Positions 55,930 through 64,000 of a stretch of 64,000 nt of DNA are shown in pieces. The DNA lies in the NCBI GenBank assembly GCA_973895155.1, contig OZ316894.1:25418709-25482708 (forward strand), given 5' to 3'. Made by a program: the position numbers and the translations under genes. Under the pieces are notes generated by a model, which was not told the origin of the DNA, searched no databases, and saw only the letters and a list, made by a program, of their open reading frames with translations. The number at the start of each line of letters is the position of its first letter. Within the stretch, counting starts at the first letter, position 1. Origin of the DNA: Marsupella aquatica. Lineage: Eukaryota; Plantae; Marchantiophyta.

Positions 55930-57537
55930 TCCGAAGTCATCAGAGCATCTTTGCCCACCTCAGATGTCACCCTGTCTGTTTTTCCCTTATTTTTTTTGTT
56001 TGCATGTTTAACTACCGATATTTCCACGATCACTTACTATACCCATGCCGCAGGGCAATCATGCACGCTCTAGGACCCATTTATCATTTATGCACCATGC
56101 ATCCACCCGACTGACTGACTGGCCCGAGTCCCTCCTCTCTTTTGGCGCTTGGTTGGGTGGGTCTACCAGTCTACGAGTAGTTTACTCACGCATGGTTCGA
56201 AAGAGGGGAGACCATTATTAACTCGGGACCAAAGCAAACGAGAGCATCATCGCGGCAGAGCTGCGGCAGTTCAGCAGCAGAATTGGGGAAGGAAAAGTTT
56301 GGGAGGATTGGTGGTGTTGGTGGTGGTGCCGCACCTCCTTCAACTCATCAGTGCTCACCTTTTTCATATTGGCGCTGTGCGGTCTGTCCGTTATAGGAAA
56401 AGGAGTGGGAGGGGGCGAGGGAAGAAAAGGAGATTCGACAGACTCAAGGCGCTTCAACGGGCAAGCAATCGGGCGCGCTCGACGCTGGACGAATCCGTCG
56501 TTGCACGATTTGGAGGGTGCCCCCTCTTTTCTTTGTTCGGAAATGCGGAGGATGAGTGTGGTTGTCTTAGGGATGATCTGAAGCCGACGGACGAGGAGGA
56601 GGAGGAGGGCGGCGAGGCTTTCTTCTTTCCATGTCGGAGCTAGAGTCTATTGAGCCGCAATTGCAGCCGTAGTCTGAGTGTGTGTGTGTGTGTGAGGAAT
56701 GCCGGGGTGGATCTGGTGAAGCAAGTCTGTCGGTCGGCCGATTCTTCTGATGCGAGTCTTGGTGATTGTGTCGATTGATGTTGTAGGCTGTGGAGAATTG
56801 TGGGTTCGGAAGAGGTTGGACCTTCGTTTCGTGTTCGGGCCGGTTTCTCTCTGGTGCGCATTGGCAGGCATTGTGTTGTGCTAGAGGATGGTGTTGTGGA
56901 AGCGTGTCATGGTTGTCTCGCGCGTCGTTGCCATCTCGGGGAGCGGAAGTCGCCCGTGTAGAAGCAGGGGTTGATTGAAGCTTGCTCTGGATTCTTGAGC
57001 TAATTGTCGCCCTACGTGAAAGTTCTCAGGGTTGTGGTTCCTCGGGAGACACGACTGACAGAGAGCTCGGATATGATTACTGGAGCCCGGAATGCTATAG
57101 ATGAAAGATCGCCTAAGTCGAGGAAAGACATCACGAGAGTAATGTGGCGGTCGTGGCTTGGAAGAGGGGCTTACGTTTAGATCAGATAGATATCTGAAGG
57201 GCTGAGAATTGGACTCGGTCTTTTTCATGAGGTATGCAAGCCTGGAAATGTGGCTGTGGGGTGGTCCTGGGTGACTACCTTCCGGCGCTCATTTGGCTTT
57301 TTGGTAACAACGAAGTGAATGTGGCTTCTACGACAATAGAGATTAGTTTTGGTGTTTAATATGAGAACATTTCGTGGCTTCTCTGCTTGAAATGCCTGGA
57401 TGTGATTTGTGTGTCTCACGAGAACTCTTGAGTATGTGGGACCGAGTTCAGGTGCTGGGAACTTGAGAGAGTGGGGTTTCACGGCTTTCCTAGCAATCTT
57501 ATGACCGCGACGAAGTGAAATCGCGGATCAGGCAAAC

Positions 57538-60500
57538 ATGGCTCCCACTCTGCCCCGAAGCACATTAGATGACATGCTGGATTCGATCAAGAAAACAGAT
57601 GAGAAACAGAGAGATATGCCACCTGCTCTTCCTCAGAGACCCACGTCGAGAGCTCGATTACCATCTTCTGTTCGCGCTAGAAAGGCCGTTGGTACGGCTG
57701 CGGATGCCAAGACTCGACAAACTGCCGATAACCACTCTAAATCAACCACAAGGCTGTGTAAATCTATCGGTCCTGAATCACCCACTGCCTCTGCGGCAGG
57801 TAGTCCACCAAAGACGCCCGAAATCAGTAGGAACGGCGGCTTGAGCAGGCTTGCGAGCCCCAATGGAACCAGGCAAGCTTCTCCGAGGAACAGGGCCGCA
57901 AGTTCGCCCCCATCACCGTCCGGTAGTACGAATATAGGTCGCTTGAGGAAAGAGAAAGACGAATCCGAGGTGAACAGCAATGGGACTCACAAGATGACCC
58001 AAGAGCACGGCACAAGGACTCCAGTTACTGCCTCGAGAATGGCGGAAAATGGTGTTACGACGCCGAATACTGCTTCATCGACCAATGCTGCTGCAGGTTC
58101 CAAAAAATGGAAGAATGAAAGCTTATCGAGCTTAAAGAAGGTGCTGGTCTTGACCTGCTGAATATTTGAAGCTTATTTGTAGTTGTGTCTGGAGTTGGGT
58201 TACAATATCTGGCAAATTCCGAACGCGGATCTGAAAATGCGTCAAAACTGTGAAGCCTGTTTGCTACCCACCATTCTCGCATTTTAGGAAAGGTGGCAAA
58301 GGGAGTTATTGGACGGACCCTCACTCTAAATCTTCATCAGAGCGCTCCCTTTGAAATCCTCACGGGTGCGGATTTATGCCTACAAATCTGTCACTACCAG
58401 AGGCCTTTCTTGTACCTGTAGTGGGTGTTCCGATCCTTAGAGACTACATTCTCGGGTAGAGGTCGTAAGAAGAAAATAAACTGTTCACACGCAGGTTGAA
58501 GACATAGCTTTGTGAACGTCTAGCTGAAATTTTCTTCGAGGTAATATTTGCACGGTCGGAGATCATTCAAGCCATACCCAGATGCGATTATGCTCTTACT
58601 GAACGGTTTCGGTGTGTCTTCTGTGCAGAATTCACGTGTGTGGTGCTTGACTCCTGAGAAGAGTTGGAGTCTGGGACTCATCCAAACGGCCAAGGAGTCG
58701 GAATCCGTCGTTCGAATGCTGGATGGCCAAGTATGGCAGTGTCTTCCTTATTATTCCTGTCATTTTCAACGGACACTAGTGGCCGGATGCATTTTCTGAC
58801 TATTTTTCATGCTTATTCGCAGCTGCTCAAAGCTGCCACGCCGAATATATTACCTGCAAATCCTGAGATCCTTGAGGGAGTTGATGATCTCGTACAACTC
58901 AGCTACTTGAATGAGCCTGCTGTCTTACACAACCTCGACTTCCGATACGCACAAGATAAGATATATGTAAGTGTTAACCCACATCAGTTCTCACGATGCA
59001 CTACGAGACGTCTGTTGGCCGTACCTTGGGAATCAGCAATTCAATAGCATTGATCACGCTTCTAAGAACCGTCCTTTCGTGAGGGCGTATCTGTAACGCA
59101 GATTTTCGTAAGGCTATTTTATCGTCCATACTCTCAATTCCTTGAAAGCTTCTCATGATCCCAACAGTACCCGTCACTTCAACATTGACTTGCAGACAAA
59201 AGCTGGACCCGTACTCATCGCCATCAACCCTTTCAAGAAAATGCCAATCTACTCCCCGGAGCATGTTCAAGCATATCGGCAACCTAAAGCGGAGAATACT
59301 TTGGGCCCTCATGTGTATGTCACAGCCGATTCTGCATACGGAGCAATGATCAAAGGTAGGCTGGCCGCCTGAAATCTGTCGTTCGTTTGTAGTCTTTGCA
59401 ATATGTACCTACTACCAATGACACTCAATGAGTAATTGCTGTGTTGGATTTTGTTGATTGCAGACGGTGTCAATCAGTCGATCATCATAAGGTAACCAGC
59501 GTTCTCGAGACTAACTTGGGTTGAAAGAGGAGCTTTCCGTTGCATCTCATGCTATCTGTACAACTGACTGCTCTTGAACCAAATACCCGTCGTAGTTCAT
59601 AACACTTGTTCTAAAGCTGTGCTTAACCTCAAACTTCCACCCATTCAAGCTTGATGAGTCTCTGTTCCTCAATAACACATGTTTAATTGATCATCTTGTG
59701 GGGTCGATGTCGGGAGACCGAGTGCGGCATGAGGTTGATAAGGGTCTCTGTCCTCTTGACCCTTTTCAAGGACTTTCGGGAACAAGATTAGCTATGCAGA
59801 GGGCGGTGCCATGCCCATTACTCTGTAGACGCCAAGACCTTCTCGTCATCCCGGATATTTCTTAATCTCTCGTTGAGTGGACGCTGACTGGAGAGTCCAG
59901 ATGACAGACCAGATGAGTCCAGTCTAGATCTCGTTGACCTTATGCGTCTTGATTTCAATGCCCTTTCCCTGCGGGGATTGTGACTGCGCTTTTGACCTGG
60001 ACAGCTGTTGTACAGTTCTGAGTCATGCTCATGGCCTGTCTAAGTCCCCGTGGAATTCAAACAATATTGTCGTTCGTTCTACACATCCTTTTGGATGGCT
60101 CACTCTCACATCGAGTTTCTTCCCTTCACTGAACATATGCCATGAAGGAAGAGAGCTGCTGCTTCCTTTTGACTGGACAAACTGCTATCCTGTAAATAGG
60201 AGATCCATCATGAATATAAGCAGCACTTCAGACCCGTCTGCGAACTGCTATAGAAGAGTGGCATTGTGACAGAGCCAAGAATGGGTAACTACTCTGCATC
60301 GCTAGTTCCACTCAAGTTCAGTCATCCTCTACTCTGTCCAAAAACCAGTGGCCCAACTCGGCTCATGACTCCTGGAGATCACGACTTTTCCCTGCCGATG
60401 AGCGGCGTTATGCAGGGATATTAAATGTTTTTTGCAATGCAAACGCCATTGTCAAAAAATGCCTAAGCCTCGTTGCAGCGAATATTTTAAAGCATTTTAG

Positions 60501-63500
60501 TGAAGATTTGAAATTGAATATCTAATGGATGGCCTTAATCCGGTGCTTGCTATCCTGGCAGCATGCTATGAAACATTCTTTCATTCCGATAATATCTGCG
60601 GACTGGGACCGTGAATGTGATGGTCACATCACCAAAACTTCGATATGTATAACACGTTCCAAGTCTTAACAACAGACGGATTTGTTATTGAGAACATAAA
60701 TTGTTGCATCAGCGTTCGAGTGCAGTGATTCATTTTCAAGCTTCTTTGCAGTGGTGAGAGCGGTGCGGGAAAGACTGAGACTGCGAAGATTGCCATGCAA
60801 TATTTGGCTGCTCTTGGAGGAGGCGGCGGAGTCGAGAATGAAATCTTGCAAACGAATCCAATTTTAGAAGCATTTGGGAATGCCAAGACGCTGAGAAATG
60901 ATAACTCCAGTCGCTTTGTAAGTCTAACTAGATGTTTGGAACCTTGGCTTGTGATGGTCTGTTCTTTATATAGGAGTAAAGGACATCAGAAGTGACACTG
61001 AGTATTAGGAAGTTTGACGGAACTCTAAATCTTTTAAGGTTTTTTGGGAGATATCAATTGTCTGAAGATGGCTCGGTATGGCACGCAGGGGAAACTGATA
61101 GATATCCATTTCGACAGAGCTGGGAAAATATGCGGGGCCAAAATTCAAACATGTGAGCATTATTCAAGCTGGGGCAGTTTCACAGAGCTTTCTAGTGCAT
61201 TGTCTAGTACAGAAAACTTGCAGCTGTATTCTTAAAAGTGTAGTTAGTGAATATTTGGAAGGGACAAGGGAGCCTTCTCTGCTTAATTGAGACGTCTCTA
61301 ACCCCATTTATTCATGTTTAAATTGTGGATTCACGCAGCTTTTGTTTTCTAGGTTGTATTTCTTCAAGTTACTAATTGAGTGGACAACTTTTTTGCCTTG
61401 TCTTATTCCAATGGCCATGGAGATCAGACCTACTTGAAAAGGTGAGCTGACGTCCCGTTCCTTATCAATCGAAACAAAGAACACTGTCAGTTCAAAGTAT
61501 ATGTGAAAGGGTCAGGGCCAATGAAGTACAACATGTCTTCGGGTACGAAATGTACCATGAGCGGGCATCCTTTGGGGTTACTTCCAGAGAAGTGGTTTGA
61601 CCTTATGCGGCAGAAAAGTGGTTTTAACAGTGGTACAATTGAGAGTTTCTTGGATTGAAATCTCCGTTTTATGATGGTTCACGCAGTCAAGAGTGGTGCA
61701 GCAAACTCATGGAGAACGTTCTTATCATATTTTCTACCAGCTCTGCGCTGGGGCAGATCCAGCATTGCGAGGTATAATTTCTGGCTCATTTCGCGCTTTG
61801 CAATCCAGCATGAACATGTTAATGGATTGAGGGAAGAGACAGGAAGATCTTTGAGGATGCCTTGCATGCTTATCATCCGTAGTCGAGTGATCGTTGTGTT
61901 GTTTGGTTGACCTGCAGAGCGCTTAAATTTGCTGCCAGCAGAGCAGTATCATTATTTAAATCAGAGCGACTGTATGACCATCGACAACGTCAATGATGCA
62001 GAGCAATTTCAGCTAATGAGGGTCAGTGTTGTTGATTCACTAAGCTCATGATATTTGCCAATTATATCCCGTCAAAAATGCACGAATTGAAAACCATAAA
62101 TGTGCTTAGTTTGTGTTGGTTAGCAAGCTGTAAGTAGTGCTAATATGATGATATCTTGTTTTACAAAATACAGAATGCAATGAAGGTTGTCCAAATCAGC
62201 CAAGCCGACCAAGAGAACGCATTTTCAATGCTTGCCGCCGTACTATGGATTGGCAATATCAACTTTTCCGTTGTGGACAATGACAGCCATGTGACTATCG
62301 ATGACAAAGAGGGTGAGTGTCATTTTTTCCCTTACTACTTACAATTAACAGATTGGACGAAAATCGAGCTGGCTGGATTTTACTGAAATCCATTACAGTG
62401 TTGCAGAATGTCGACAAAAGTATGTATTGCCAGTAAGCTTGATTGATTGAATCGTGATTTATTTAGTTGATGACTTGTATATGGTTACCTTATACTTCCA
62501 AGCTAGGAGTTGAGCCAGATGATTTGATTTGTGTGAGCAGCGGTAAAGCAAGCAGCAGCACTCCTGCATTGTAAGGTCGAGAAGCTTATAGCAGCCCTTT
62601 CAGCCAGAAAAATGAGGGCTGGTAACGAAGATATTGTGCAAACTCTAACTGAGGCCCAGGTGAGACCTTTCTCATCTTGATGATTCGTGTAGTCCAGACC
62701 GGAATACAATAAATGCAGAATGGATTCTCTCGTCTGCAATCTAGATCAGGCTTTTCTGGTCTTTACTCCACTGAAGCTTCAAATCTCGTGTACTAATTAG
62801 ATCGGTGAATGACAGGCTCTGGATTCTCGAGATGCTTTGGCAAAAGCAATATATGCAAATTTGTTTGATTGGCTGGTGGATCGCATCAACAAATCGCTCG
62901 AGGTTGGCAAGCGACGGACAGGGAGGTCGATCAGTATACTAGACATTTATGGCTTTGAGTCCTTTACAGTAAGTGTCTTAATTACTTTTCTCGGAAACCT
63001 GAGCACAATTTTTGACTGAATTTCCTGGAGTTAAGATTTTGCTAAGACTTGATTTTGAGCATCAACACTCATCAGCAATGTGGCTTGTATTTTGCCAGAA
63101 AAATAGCTTTGAACAGCTGTGCATTAATTATGCAAATGAAAGGTTGCAGCAGCACTTCAACCGTCATTTGTTCAAGCTTGAACAGGAGGTAATGCGACTA
63201 GGACTGGCGTCCTCATGCTATCCTAGCAATTCTACTGCTCGGTTCTACAACATTGTATAGTTTTACTAAAAATGAAAGGCCGAACCTTGAAGTTAGACTG
63301 TATGTGTCCGGACGCAGGAGTACACATCAGAGAACATTGACTGGACGAGAGTAGACTTTGAAGACAATCAGGATTGCCTCGACCTTATTGAGAAGGTGAG
63401 AGAAACTATTGACGCGGACACTTTGCGTCCAGGTTACTATGTGAAGGGAATTTGTGACGGAATGTTCTCCTATAGCGCATACTGTCCTAGGTCCTTGGGC

Positions 63501-63864
63501 CTGGCAAGACCGAGAAGGTTCACGTTTCTTTTACATTTATGGTTGTATATTTCAGAATTCGCCTCTGCTGATCGCTTTCTTCGCGATCTTTCCGTCAGGT
63601 TGAATATTATTTTCGTGTCCGTATTTCAATTGTAATGCTAGCGCATGTGACGTGACATACCAAGTGGACCAATCTAATTAAAGCATTGTGCTTTGATTGT
63701 TGCAGAAACCTCTTGGCCTGATATCCCTGCTTGATGAAGAGTGTACCTTCCCTAAGGCATCCAATATCACTCTCGCCAACAAATTGAAAGAGCATTTGAA
63801 AGGAAACGCTTGTTTCAAAGGCGAACGTAGCAAGGCTTTTCGCATATGTCACTATGCTGGCGAG
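57538..63864 (+). CDS. Class VIII myosin, N-terminal part; the gene continues beyond the window
   Basis: Myosin-VIII-type N-terminus [35 protein letters not shown]; SH3-like RVWC; [29 protein letters not shown]; [12 protein letters not shown]; P-loop [20 protein letters not shown]; [20 protein letters not shown]; YLLEKSRVV; [10 protein letters not shown]; LDIYGFESF; [20 protein letters not shown]; [13 protein letters not shown]; ICHYAGE. Confidence 0.96.
61428..61441 (+). other. 14-nt microexon of myosin VIII encoding (Y)LLEK
   Basis: cag|ACCTACTTGAAAAG|gtgagc is required to restore the conserved QTYLLEKSRVV motif between the flanking exons. Confidence 0.92.
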
Positions 63865-64000
63865 GTGGGTACAAAGGCTTATTATTATCACAAGAATAGC
63901 ATTTAGAAGAGTTGGCATTACAGATTTCTCAGGGAAGCAGAACTGTTAATGATTTCGAAATACTACTGTCCTTATCGATAAACACAGATACGTTGAATCT

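Noticed and set aside
56149-56643. 164-aa plus-strand ORF upstream of myosin
   Set aside because: Non-ATG start, low-complexity purine-rich sequence, most likely the myosin 5' UTR.

Overview
Eukaryotic, intron-rich land-plant nuclear DNA. Long UTRs, compact GT-AG introns and the gene set suggest a bryophyte, probably a liverwort (inference). Seven protein-coding genes are supported: cytosolic lysyl-tRNA synthetase (+), a Kazal-type protease inhibitor (-), cystathionine gamma-synthase with the MTO1 arrest peptide (+), an intronless F-box protein (-), an hnRNP F/H- or ESRP-like qRRM protein (+), a FANCJ Fe-S helicase (-) and a class VIII myosin (+, running off the window end). Intergenic DNA holds TA-flanked Tc1/mariner-like elements, a 363-bp inverted-repeat element with a perfect 9-bp TSD and a tRNA-like core, a tRNA-derived SINE-like head, a decayed CACTA transposase and several tandem duplications. 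The most interesting signals are post-transcriptional: the qRRM gene has a broken fourth qRRM and a seven-G-run cluster in a candidate 71-nt intron (possible autoregulation), FANCJ has a U12-type intron, and the MTO1 peptide is a variant. No rRNA, intact tRNA or CRISPR array was seen. Exon coordinates were read by eye and may be a few nt off.
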